Below are positions 1-12,107 of a DNA stretch of 64,000 nucleotides, one piece after another. The stretch is from contig LVLI01000085.1 of assembly GCA_001687465.1 (NCBI GenBank), forward strand, positions 1 to 64,000, given 5' to 3'. Every line of letters begins with the position of its first letter. Position 1 is the stretch's first letter. A program made the position numbers and the translations under genes. A model generated the notes under the pieces. The model made no database searches. It was given only the letters and a program-made list of their open reading frames with translations, and was not told the DNA's origin. Source of the DNA: Halocafeteria seosinensis. Taxonomy: Eukaryota.

Positions 1-3000
1 ACGTATACCATACACATAGCTGCATTCCAGTGGTTAGTTTCGATGTTAACGCCATGAGGATACACATCACCCGGCGTCTCCCTTGACGGATTTTCCAGGC
101 TGCTTCCTCTTCCAACGACAGACCAGTGGGTGAGGATTCATTTGTTTCATTCTGTATTCTTGCCTTTAACGCTTGTTCGAGTAGCCGATCCGTCGAATCT
201 CCTGTCTGCTGCGATTTGAAGGCGTACGAGAAGATGTAATACGATAATGGAGTGGATCCATCTGTTATGAGCTTGATATCGTTGTTGCAGGCGAACGCAT
301 TGGTCACGGTTAGATTATGTCCGTTCAACCATCCAGAACCGATAGCTCGATAAACACCTTTATCGCCAGAAGCTCCCGCGTCCAGATCCCGGAGTTTTGG
401 ATCAGCTAACCATCCCTCGCGTGTGAAGCATGGCTTGGGGAAGTTGAAGCGGCACTGTTGCTTTTGCCTGCCATTTAGCTTTTTGACTGAGAAACATGTA
501 AACGTGTGAGTGTGGTTATGACTGCAGGTGAAAAACTGAGCCAGGAATACAGCTGCCTCATATTGCTTTCCACCAAGTGCATCATAGCAGCCACTACGAT
601 ATCTATGGAGATATTGCTCCGAGGTGAGGCTGGCCGTCTCCGGTAATAATTCATAGGCTTTGGCAAGTAAGTGTGCATGGGGAGCTATGTCTCCGCACTT
701 CAAGCACGTCACTGTCTTTGGTTCGGGAGTGTTTTTCGGCAAAACTTTTGCAACAGGATCACCCAGTGGTGCCTGGATCAAATTTTCCGGTCCATTTTTG
801 CACTGATTACATTCCAAAGGAAGTAAATATGCTGCGGTCACATATGCATTCCGCATGGTGTGAATTTTGTTTTTGTAATCGTCGCTTGCGAGTTTTTCCT
901 TCATCATTGATGCAGTGGGAGGGATGCCGTGAAGCCAGACGAGGAGATGGATATGCAAGTTCCCCCGTTCCTGGCCTTCAACGGATCCTATAAAGGCAAT
1001 TACTTTTCCGAAAACGCCGCCCTGTTCAAATGGACGACATCGTTGAGTGTCATATCCCAAGATCTCTGCAATATATGCATCTACCTCGCGGCCGAATCGT
1101 CGCGCTGGGGCCACTGGATTGCTAGCCAAACAGGTCTCTCGTTCTTTTCTGGAAGGCAGTTCCGGTAAATTGTCTAGTGTTTGTAAGAGTTGTTCGGTGT
1201 CCCGTAGGTTGGCGCACTGAGAATTCAAAACAAGAGTAGGATCGTGAAGATCGGAAGTCGAAAGAGTCAAGAAAAGGAAGGGACATCCAAACAATGTTTT
1301 GAGTGCAAACAACTTTTTCCGTTCACCAATCCGCTGTTTGGAAGAGTTGAACATGGCCTGTGCTCCCAAGTCGCATTGATTAAGCAGTCGGATTGCTCTT
1401 TCCGTTTGGGCATCCACTGGAAGTTCGGGGAATGCCCTGCTGCTTTTCAGAGCCATCTCTCTGTGAGCCTTGTAAGTAAGGGCTCGTTGGAATGCAGGTA
1501 ACTCGAGATCGTGAAATTCTTGGTACATCGTGCCTGGCAAGGTAAGCAAAGCTGTTTTTGTTCCGTTCTGTTTTGATAAAGTGTCAAAGCAGTAGGCTGA
1601 GAATATGGTGCTCTGAAACCATGGTACGCTGAGACATAAGAATCGCTGGTAGAGTGCCCGTTCTGATAGAGGTTGTCTGCGCTTTTCTTCAAGTCCACCC
1701 CGTCCAAACGGCAATAAAGTTGCGAAAGCTTTTCCTAAAACATCCCCACGGTCGCTTTGAAATTGACCCATTTGTTGAACAAAGTTTCCCTGGATTTGCT
1801 CGAAAGACGCTCGGTTTGCTTCGTTGGTATGTACCATGTTTCGTGTGTGCAAGGATGGCTCATTGTCCGCAGGAGAAATGGGAGCAGCGTGGTGTCCACG
1901 AGGTGCGGAGCCTTCGTCATCATCCATATCGACGTGTTGGATCACTGCCGTAGGAATCAAGGTATCTGGTTCAAGACTGGCGCGCAAGGATTGAAAATTA
2001 GCTTCGCTGATAACAATATGCTCCTTGTAAAAGGGATGATTGGCCATAAGAAAATCAAGGGTTCGGCGAACTTTAGGCAGCCTCGTTTGCACAAACCTGA
2101 GTGTTTCCCAACGCGGCAGAAGCGATGCGATGTTGTTCGCTGTCACCACTCGAATAGAATCCAGTGCTTGTAAGTTCGGGAGAATGTCGACGAATTCCTG
2201 GAGCGGCGCTTCCATCAGCGCACAATGTGATTCTAAGGCTGACTGTCCTCCTCTTAAGGTTTGCAGGACAGACCGTACAACTACTGGGCTGCATAATCGG
2301 CGCTCCATTTCCGATAAATCCTTTAGATCATTAGGCAGCTCTCCAATGGCGTTATTATTAGCGATCGCCATTTTCGGGAGCTTCCCGCGCTGGAGGCTTG
2401 ACAAACATGCTGTACAAGTGAAAACTTTCGATTCACCAATACTTCTCGGACTCAATAATAAGCCGGTTAACATTTTGTTTGCTATGTTCTCAGGTACTCC
2501 TCGATCAATAACGGACTGTACAATGCTGTATTGCTGTATTAGCAGAGCGGAAAGCGGTGGGTCCACTCGATCGGAATGAAGAAGTTCCAGGTTTGGAAGC
2601 GCCATAAACTCCTGTAGTGACATCAATTTTCCCTCCTTATCTACATAGCTGCAATCGCAAACCGAGCAAGGAACCTGGATGGTTCTTGCCGGTTGCAATT
2701 GCGAACGTATGTTGGTGAGAATTTCCGCTTGCCGTTCTTGTGTCGGTACTTCCTCTCTAAGGAAGTTTACATGATCTTGTACTAGTTTGTCCATGTGTTC
2801 GCAGCGAGCATTTCGTCGTTGCCTAAGTGTGACTGCATGCTCATTAGGATTTCTTTTTGCTTGGAGCTCTCGCATTTTTTTTCTTTTTCCTAGAGCATCA
2901 ACGTGTTCGCTAGGATTTGCTCTAATTTGGAGCTGCCGCATTTTCCTTCTTTCTCGAAGGGCCTCAACATGTCCACCAGGATTTGCGATGGTTTGGAGCT

Positions 3001-3619
3001 GCCGCATTTTCCTTCTTTCTTCTAGCGACTCAACATGTCCACCAGGATTTGCTATAGTTTGGAGCTGCCGCATTTTCCTTCTTTCTTCTAGGGACTCAAC
3101 ATGTCCACTCGGATTTGCTATGCTTTGGAGCTGCCGCATTTTACGTCTTTCTTCTAGGGCATCAACGTGTCCAGCAGTATTCGAGGCGGTTTCTGCCCGG
3201 CGTTTTTGCCTTCTTTGCCCCGTCCTGGCCTCATTGCCCGTCTTTCTCATTTGTTGTTTCACGGCGTTGTAGGTAATAACGGAGGTCCCCGTTTGTATGT
3301 GTTGAAGTTTTCCAGCCTTAAACTGACTGCGCACACGCGCCTGCGCTAGCTTGGATTCATTTGTTATTTGCTCAACGAGCGACGTCACCTGGTCGGCTGG
3401 AACTACAACGAACTCGTCTCCCCAGAGTTGGCGGAGGTAATTTGAAGTCTCTGTATGGTCTATGCCGCTCGACGCTTCAGTTAGCATTCTTCGCACAGCC
3501 TCTTCAGATCTTGTTTTCCTAAGAAATGCAACTAATGCCGCAGAACATTCCTCCGTATACAATGTTGCGTAGAGTTGTTGAAATCCATGGGAGAAATACC
3601 TGCCATTTGAAGGCGGCAT
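1..3619 (-). mobile_element. Helitron2/Helentron-like Rep(-helicase) ORF, >1200 aa, running off the window start; helicase part expected beyond position 1
   Basis: Manual translation of the minus frame from ATG 3619 showed no stop in the stretches read. It gives CSVCDC and CTAC Cys clusters, DUF6570-like motifs (KLPKMAIANNNAIGELP; PKVRRTLDFLMANHPFY), LLPFGRGG, motif 1 FLFLTLS, HUH motif VEGQERGNLHIHLLVW (~930-985), HNHTHTFTC...CRFNFP, CNNDIK and two-Tyr motif YYIFSYAFK (~215-245). Confidence 0.9.
2830..3180 (-). repeat. About five tandem 66-bp repeats encoding 22-aa units (GHVESLEERRKMRQLQTIANPG) in the Helitron ORF N-terminus
   Basis: 'cgcatttt' recurs at 2871, 2937, 3003, 3069 and 3135 (exact 66-bp period). 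Confidence 0.92.
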
Positions 3620-4819
3620 ATTCCACGGTGGCGAAGGAAACTTACAGGCAGCGTGTCAGGTAGCTACCTTATGCTACTATATATATATATGGTACATATA
3701 CATATAATTTTTGTGGTTGTCACGCAACTTCATAGCATAAGCTTGGGGAATCAATCGCATATGTTATCACGTTGTTTATTTGTTGATTTTGTTCAGGTTC
3801 CGTCCTAAGGGCAACTTCAATGTTATCCCATTAACGGGGATGATGTGTTACGAGGTGGTTTTCTTCTTTCGCTTTCGCTCACTAGGCAAGCAGTTTTGTC
3901 TGCAACCCACCTATTTTCGGAGGTCCCATGGGATGTGACGGAAACGGATACTGAAGTTCGGGTCTACGTCAATGCTTTGAAGTCACTCGTTTATGCTGCC
4001 TCTCTCCTAGTGGAACAGCGGGCCTGTAGCTGCCAGACACGGGCGCCAGCTGCTACCTAAGTGTAGCGGCTAACATCCAGCTGCCGGTGGGCCATCAGTC
4101 ACATCTTCGTCGTACTTCAACTAGGCAAGACAAAAATTAAGTGCGGACATGTACAAGAAATGAAAACGAATTCCTTTGCCTATCAAGAGGAGGGTAGTTA
4201 TCAAAATACCTGGGAATCGGGTACAGGGATGCTGAGTCTCAGGGGGTGAACCTTCCCCGCTTCAAGCGTAGCCAAAAATTAATCATCGAAAATGTATATC
4301 TCATCACAAGGAGTTTGTGCTATTTGGTAATATACGTAGTGAGGAACATGTATAGTTCCGATTTTAACAAATGGCTCTGCCCACAAGCGCCATGGCCAGT
4401 TTCGTCCGGGATGACTGTAACTTTGTAACTTTGAACCCTTGTCATTTTTCATACAATCGTTGCTGCTCCATTCCGAAATCATATCCCTTAAATCACTGCA
4501 AAGAACACCCCCGTGCTCATTTACACGCACATGTGCATTCCAACAGCTCCGTGCGTGCATTCAAAACCTTCCACACTGAGGGGTTGTCAAATCCGATATT
4601 TGCGTAAGCACTGTAATCGGTGATCATGTAGGCACGGCCGCTGCAACTGGAAGTTCGAGGTCACGGAAACCGGTCAAACCATCCCGAGCAAAATGTTGAG
4701 CAGGCTCTATGTATACATGATTTAACGTGGTTACTGTTTTGATCGTATGCAATTTAAGATCGAACTGCGAACAGTGGCGACCGATAACGTGGTTGTCCTT
4801 ACCCATACCACAACACTAA

Positions 4820-6463
4820 CTAGGCCTCTTCATATTCCCCAGCCTTCACAATTGCCGTTGCTTCTTCTTCTACGTGTCCATATCGTACTTTTTCAAACCA
4901 CGACAAGTACTGTTTATGCCTTGCTTGTCCAACATATTCTTCCATCGCGCCGTCCTGCAATGATTCCCACCAACTGTCAAGCTCTTGCAAGGGTAATTTT
5001 GTCGTATCAGGAACAAACACCAATGTCAGCACCAGTCCAATAGCGCCACAAATACCGGATACTATGAATAGGGACTCCGCCTCGATATATGAAAATACCA
5101 GACCAGCCAACAGTGCACCAAGCTTCCCGCTTGCAGCAGAAATTCCGTGAGCAGTTCCGCGGAGTTCAGTAGGGAATACCTCCGAGGGTAGAAGAAAAGT
5201 AGTGGCGTTAGGACCCCACTGCCCGAAAAAAGAAGACACGTAATACAATAATTGGAAAATATGAATATAATCAGGAGTTTTCAGTGTGTTATAGGCGCAT
5301 CCACAGAGTAAAAAGATAGCGCCGACCATTGCGAAACCCATGGCCTGCATTTTCCGTCTACCCATCCATTGTTTGTCCATTGTGTATGCGGCAACGAAGT
5401 ATCCCAAATAAGCGATAGAAGCATTCACCAGGGTCCACTTCAGCGTTGTGAAAACTGTGTGCTCCTGTTCAATAATGTTAATAAACCTTCCCTGGAACAG
5501 TTTGTTCCCGTAAAATGTCACGTCCCACACGAACCAGCTTCCACCACTGCCAAGAACTCTATGCCAAAAGTGATGAAACAGAATCCTCATCTCGTGAACC
5601 CACGAGTGATTTTTGTGCCCGGACACCGCCCCAGAGCTTGAGCGTCGGCGAGAATCTGCGTTTATGAAAGCCATATTTTCAATGCCCTTCTTTGCATCCA
5701 TTTCTTGCTTCCACGCAGGAGTTTCCTCTAGTCTATAAAACCGATACCAGACTAAGCAACCAAGGAGAATAACCCCTAGAGCGTACTGTGAGCGCCATAT
5801 TATTTCCAACTTCGTTTTGTCTAATGAGGCGTCATCTCCCGTCTGTTTGAAAGCCACGAGTAGCAATGTTATGACAGCAGAATTGACTAGAATTCCCAGG
5901 CCTTGCATCGAAAAGACCATAACCACGTTTCGTCCTCGAGTCGTAGGCTCCGAGGTTTCAGCCGCCGATGAAGACGCCATGGGATACTCTCCACCTACTC
6001 CAAGACCAAATATCCCCAAAGCGATTGTAAACATAAGGAACTGCTGCTTTACAGTCGCCCCAGCGGAAACGCACAGCATAACCGCCCCACCGAGCATGAT
6101 TCCAGAAACGAGGCGGGAGCCCCACCTTCGCCCTAATCTATCTCCTAGGCTCCCGACAACAAGCATTCCAAGTACGACACCAACAATTTCGGTGTAGGTA
6201 ATAGACGACCGTAAACTAGAAGGGCAGTCGGAGTCTTCGGAAGAGGAGTCACTCCAGCAGTGCGGGTACGTGTGTTTGAAGATTCCTTCAAGATTCCCTA
6301 CACTGAACAGGAAGTAGGATTCGCAAAACATGCCCCCGCCTCGGATAAACAATTGGAGTGTGGTTTCGCTCTTCCTTCTTGATGGCAATGTGTCGGGCAG
6401 AGATACTATGGCCTCGCTGGATCCATAGTCGTTCTTTGCAATGGTCAACGACCGAGGGGACAT
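4820..6463 (-). CDS. MFS proton:inorganic phosphate symporter (PHO84/PHT1/PTA-like)
   Basis: GDRLGRR, GVGGEYPMAS, FGQWGPNATTFLLPSEVFPT...RGTAHGISAASGKLGA motifs; about 12 TM segments; single exon; first ATG at 6463. Confidence 0.93.
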   Translation of the reverse strand: MSPRSLTIAKNDYGSSEAIVSLPDTLPSRRKSETTLQLFIRGGGMFCESYFLFSVGNLEGIFKHTYPHCWSDSSSEDSDCPSSLRSSITYTEIVGVVLGMLVVGSLGDRLGRRWGSRLVSGIMLGGAVMLCVSAGATVKQQFLMFTIALGIFGLGVGGEYPMASSSAAETSEPTTRGRNVVMVFSMQGLGILVNSAVITLLLVAFKQTGDDASLDKTKLEIIWRSQYALGVILLGCLVWYRFYRLEETPAWKQEMDAKKGIENMAFINADSRRRSSSGAVSGHKNHSWVHEMRILFHHFWHRVLGSGGSWFVWDVTFYGNKLFQGRFINIIEQEHTVFTTLKWTLVNASIAYLGYFVAAYTMDKQWMGRRKMQAMGFAMVGAIFLLCGCAYNTLKTPDYIHIFQLLYYVSSFFGQWGPNATTFLLPSEVFPTELRGTAHGISAASGKLGALLAGLVFSYIEAESLFIVSGICGAIGLVLTLVFVPDTTKLPLQELDSWWESLQDGAMEEYVGQARHKQYLSWFEKVRYGHVEEEATAIVKAGEYEEA

Positions 6464-6823
6464 TATCCTACTAACCCCGCTCGAATCTCGGAAGATGCAA
6501 CGTTTTCCTGTAAATCGCAACGCTATCTAGTTACAGCGGTACCCACACCATGTATTGGTATATGGAGTCCTGTCAGTATCTGCACTTTTTACGGATGGTA
6601 CTCGAATAGACATTCATTACAAGCCATTTGTCAATAGCATGCTGGGTGTGAACACCACAAGAGGTCTTCGTTGTGAAGTTAACCCCTGTCGCTGACTCAG
6701 CGAAGGCAAGCGCAAGAGTATGATATTCATCTAGGAGGTAACGTCAAAAAGTCTAAAACAAAGCTATCCTATGAATTTTCAACGTATGCCACGAGATCCG
6801 TTCTTTTTCAGGTCACAGTTTAG

Positions 6824-9800
6824 TTATCCCTGAATCATGGAAAATATGTCTTCCACAGTAGTTGCGAGTTCTGCCACCGGCGGGAGGGTGCTTGGGTTGA
6901 TCTCTCCACGGAAGGTCTTGGACTTAGACTGCGCTGTCAAGTAGTGCTCTTCCTGCTGAGTCTCAGAGTACACCACTGATTCTGCGCGGGACATAAAACT
7001 GTTCGGATCTGTAGAGAGGATAGCTTCCCAGTCCATCTGGAATCCTGGAGGAAAGGGAAGATTCAGCTGTGGCAAGAAACAGAAAGCGTTAGCAAATAAT
7101 GCACGACTCCACCATTCATCATTAATGTACTCGTCTTACATCAAAACCAGCTGCCAAGGACAGCCCAATGAAGACACAGAGGCCACACGCAGAAGAGCCT
7201 CGTGTCAATGGGGCCAACACCACCCAATAATAGTAAAACGAGAGAAATAGTTCTTTTGCCCTGTAACAGGCGTGCAGACAATGCATCCATAGTATTCGCT
7301 AAAACAGGACACCGGTGAAACCATACCGCTTAACGTCCTCTGGGCCAAGGACGTCCTTCGTCATCACGTCGCAGATATCTCGCCAGATACTTTGCAGCTC
7401 TTGTTCGAACTCCTTCATTCTGTACAAGCCTCAAAGACTCCGGGGTAAAGCTCCGTAGGAAAGTTACGCAGACGGATAATAATAATATACCTTGCGGGAG
7501 TTAGTGGCATTCGTATTGTGAAGAAAACTCCTTCTTGTTCCCCTTTCTGGATTGTCAAACGAGTTCCCTGCAAAATGGCACCCAAATCCTTGCTCTCAAC
7601 ACATCTGCAGCAGCAATTGTACGGGAGAAAGTAATCAATGGAGGTCCTATAGAGTGGTAGAGAATGCAGAACTTACTGGCCACCCAGTTCGTCTGACAAA
7701 GCCATGGTAGTGGCATGGTGCATGTTATACTTCTGAGATCGATAATAAACTCCCCTTCCTTTCCTGATTTTTTTCTCCGTAACATCCGGGAGTACTACCG
7801 AATTGACAGTATTAGAAGCTTTTATGCCTTCCAGCCAGGAAAGCGTCTCAGGCTCATTACTTAGCGTGTCGGGCAGGTTCTGTATGCAAGGATCTGTCGC
7901 CAAATCCCGCTCTCCACTCTTGCAGTAATCTTCGAGGTTTTTAAGACTCTCTCGTCGATAGCACGGGGTTATCACCCTGCCCAGACATACAGTGGTGCCG
8001 TTGGGCAAAAAGAGGGTATATAATGGCGCAACCAAAACTTACCAAAAGTCTCTTCCCATAATGTCATGCACCTCATTTGCAGATCTTGCCGACAAGATCT
8101 TTTGCTTAAGGTCATCCTCCATTGGGTACTGCTCACACATTAATAGCTTCGTTATAGCGAGTGACCGCCCACAGTACGGAAAGTAGCGCGGAACTTCGGT
8201 AAATCCAGAAACCTGTCAGATACATGCATTACACAAAACAATTTTGGTATATATCTGTCATAACCGCTTAATGGCATACCATAGGCGTCTGAAGGCCAAA
8301 ACCACGGTTAAATGTGCTTTCAGTCAGTCCCTCGATCCAGTAAACAGGATCAAACGGCTCCGAGTTCTGGCGCCATAAGAGCGCAATGTCGTATACATCC
8401 CGGAAGCATAGAGGGTGCACATCAGCATTGTCAAAGTCCTCGCCAGGGAACAAACGTTTGACTGATTGCATGTTAGAGGAGCATCTATTAAAGCAGTAGA
8501 GCCCTTCATCGCCCCGTAAAGAAAGCCAGTGGGATCTAACTGTCTGTGCAATTTCTAAGGCAGCTAGACCAAACTGACGGTGTTGCCGGGGATTCCGAAG
8601 AAACCCGGGTGATTCATATTGCATGAAACTTCCAACCGAATCTGCTACGTTTCGTAGATGCGTGTAGAGCTTGTCATTGCCTAGTGCAACAGGGCCAGTG
8701 GAAAGACTAATTGTTGCCCATCTCGCTCTGACACGTTCCAAGACATCCCGAGATACCCCTGTAGGTGGGTCTCTATAGTTCAGCGTCCTGTTCCAAGAAC
8801 AGAAACACTCCAGCTTAATGAGAAATGTGCTCATTTGTACAAGCGACTTACGGGTATGCCGTGCTGATTTCAACCTGTTGACCAATGTTATTCTTGGAAA
8901 GCCGTCGAGCGTGGGATTCCTTCACGCTGGAGGGAACCAGAGCATCAAAATTAATGGAATCCTCACTGGCTACGTCAGCGACTGACTCCGGCATCTCTTC
9001 GTCCTTAACCAAGCCATTCAAGTATTTTCGGGAGAAGCACGGATGCCCAGATGAGGTAGAGTACATAGCTTGGTAAATGGCCCAATCTCTATGTGAGAGA
9101 CTGGGTAAATCCCCGTTGAGCGCAAACGCTTCTTCATACCTGATCCAGACACAAAGCAGCGCGAAACAGTCACCTCGAAAACAAATGCGGCATATAGTGA
9201 GACGTTACTTACCTCTTTACTGCTTCCCTGAGACGACCAAGGCTATGGAAGCATGTGGCCTCCATTAAATAGCTGTGGGAAATTTCGTTCAACGGGGAAG
9301 ATTGTTCATATATTTTCTTGTATTGCGTCATAGCCTTCTCACAGCACCCTGAAGCCAACCAAACATAGTCTTTGATGCATTTGATGATGTGCGGGAGTTC
9401 TGCAATAGTATCATACCTGAGAAATACAAGAAATCGGCGTATTTAATCCTGTAATACGTCCGCTGAGGCTCGCTATCAAGAATTTGGCAAAAGATGCGAT
9501 CTACCTGCTCATTATGACCATATTCCCGCATACAATGGGCCCATTCAGAAAAGACTTCCGTGCTGCCAGGCTGCAAGACACACAAAATTATACGTAACAG
9601 TGCAATGAGATAACAATCACTCGATACTAACCATATCCAACGAAAGTTTGTTTAACAAACGATGGGACTCGGCTAACTTTCCTAGGTTCGCCAGCCCTTT
9701 CGCAACTAGAAGCCAAGCCCGATGTGTGCGAGGAACAGATTTGGCAGCAGAAACAGCATCCATTAAAGCCATTCTGCATAAATATAAGCATGATCGCAAC

Positions 9801-11217
9801 AGGTAGGTTATGTTAACTGACGGAGGGGAATGTAAACTTACTTATCCTTTTTCATTTCATTGTATATATCGGCCCGGAGAATTAGAAGGTCCGGTACGGA
9901 TTCTCGGTACTGCTCTGGAGTGTCTCGACGATTAATCGATAACTTTATTGCATGGGTCATGTCTTTGATAGCGCCCTCGTGTCTACCCGTGGCACTGAGA
10001 AGCTGGGCCTTGAGTTTAAACGCGATAGCGTTCTCCGGGGTACACTCCGTCGCGGTAGTAGCATATTTCAGTGCTTCAGACACCTCTCCCATCCGCGCTT
10101 TGGCTGTTGATGCCCCTATCAATGCATCTACCAAGTTAGGAGATACATGAAGAACCTGTAAAACACTACTATGAGAATCCAACCATAATGCAATTCCAAG
10201 AAGAACAAATCCCTTACCAAATCATAAATTTTCATTGCTTCCGCTGGTTCGTTGTTGTAAACGTGCTTGTTTGCTACAGCAAGCGCGTAGGAAAGCCTCT
10301 GCATCGCGAGCTGATCATGTTCCGTTATTTTTGCATATACCTCTTGAGGAAGGTCCGGTAACTGTTTGAAAGCAGCTTCGACCGACATCCGATCACGGCT
10401 CTCGTCAACAGATGACGATGTTCTTCCGTTCAGTGAGGTATGCGCTGCTCCCGAGAGTGACAATGAGCCCCTGTCAATAGCGTTGAATGCGTCATCCACC
10501 AGAGATCCAGAGCCAACAGTGGTCGATGTACTACTACCACTTGTGGTCAGGTGACCGTTCGTTGATTCCTGCTGCCCTCTTGGGAAATCCGCAGCTTGAC
10601 CTACAGCTGTCGAAATGTTATCGCTGGATGGATCTTGCTCAATAACGCTGACTAGATACTCAATAGCCGCAAAATCAGCTGAATCCTCAAGTTCCCTAGT
10701 AGATTTTTGGAAAACTCGTCTAGCCTCTTGGTCTCTCCCTTGGTCATGAAGCACTTTGACTGAAAATCGACAGCGCAAAATGAAAAATTATCACAATAGT
10801 GTTAAGGAAATCAAAATATCGACGGCGACCTACTCTGAAGTCCAATTGTTTGGGGAATTTCGTTTCTGGGAACCAACTTCAGCGCTTCATCAATATCTTC
10901 GAGGCACTTTCTGTGCATTCCCAGCTCTGACAGGAACAGGAAAACCACGCCCAAATAAATGCGTCCATACATGCACCCAGACAGCGCGAAAAACAACAAC
11001 ATAAACGCGCCGACTTACTGGAGTAACACCATGCACGATTGCAATACACTCTGGCTTTGGAAGTGGCATCCAATTCCCCGCCTTCCTGCTCCAGGTGCTC
11101 CGTGAAGCTCTTGGCCGCCTTAAAGTACTTTTTCTCGAACGCCAGCTGAAACGACGGCGGCATTCGATTGTCGCTGGACTCTAGTTTGAGCCCTATGGTT
11201 GCCTTGGTAGACGTCAT
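6824..11217 (-). CDS. Multi-exon TPR protein of the SRFR1/TTC13 family
   Basis: N-terminal TPRs (YCNRAWCY; AFKLKAQLLSATGRHEGAIKDMTHAIKL); C-terminal motifs DPVYWIEGL..FNRGFGLQTPM, YYWVVLAPLTRGS and PPGFQMDWEAILS match SRFR1/TTC13; ORF pieces are joined by short GT-AG introns. Confidence 0.8.
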
Positions 11218-12107
11218 TGCCTCGTATAAAGGTCCTTGTACAGTGTCAGAATTCTTCTTTCCTGGTGCCCTCGGGCGAAAATTCTTTTCGTATCCACAAC
11301 CTTGGCTATGCAGTCCCAATGACAATTTCTACCTCACAAAACTCGAGTATAGTAAGAGTTCTTCCGACTGTATAGCTGTCAGATAGTTTAATTGTGCAAA
11401 AAGGTTCTGAAAAGTAAAGAAGACGTCCTCACAACTTTGTCGTCTGGGCAAAGTGGATTCTCTTGTCTCTAAATCTTTATACAGACTATACTTGCAGTTC
11501 AGGACGAGCTCCTCTGCACGGAACTTTGTTCTCCTCACATCACCGGTACGAAATTAATTATGACGAGTCATATAACACGAACTCGTCGACAACTTCGGGC
11601 CTCGTTTGGTGTGGCCAGAAACAAAACCCGACGAAAAGATTGTACAGTACAGTGTAGTCGTCAATGACTACTCGTCGTTCGCCGAACACAACCAGAACCT
11701 AACTTGGTTGGAGAAACTGAGCCATTACAGTGTAATTCTTGTGCAATACAAACGACCCCATTAACGCAGATAGAGAGAATCATGTCGTCTGTGCTACAAG
11801 CGTATCGGCTCCAACACCTCCCTCAAAGATGGATGAACCACATAAGAGCATCAAGTATGCTTCCAATACCGCCAGTTCATACAGTATCTGTGAATGATTG
11901 AAATGGAGACTGACTTGTTTGCGCTCAGTTACCCTGGCACCACCTCCTGTTGTACAGTACTAACTGGTAGCAATTAACAATTCGATTCCAGTTCCAGTTG
12001 CACTTGATAATTTACAATTCCTCCGGCTCATTTTGTATTGTTATTTCTTCTCTCTGTTCGTATGTGACATAATTTTTGAACAGAGTATATTGAATAGATA
12101 CTTCATC

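Noticed and set aside
475..3349. Short ORFs listed over the first 3.3 kb
   Set aside because: Antisense or off-frame shadows of the long minus-strand Helitron ORF.
4125..4290. Two Sm-site-like AATTTTTG motifs on the minus strand (snRNA or SL RNA)
   Set aside because: No recognisable snRNA loops or SL exon/donor structure; the motif is common by chance.
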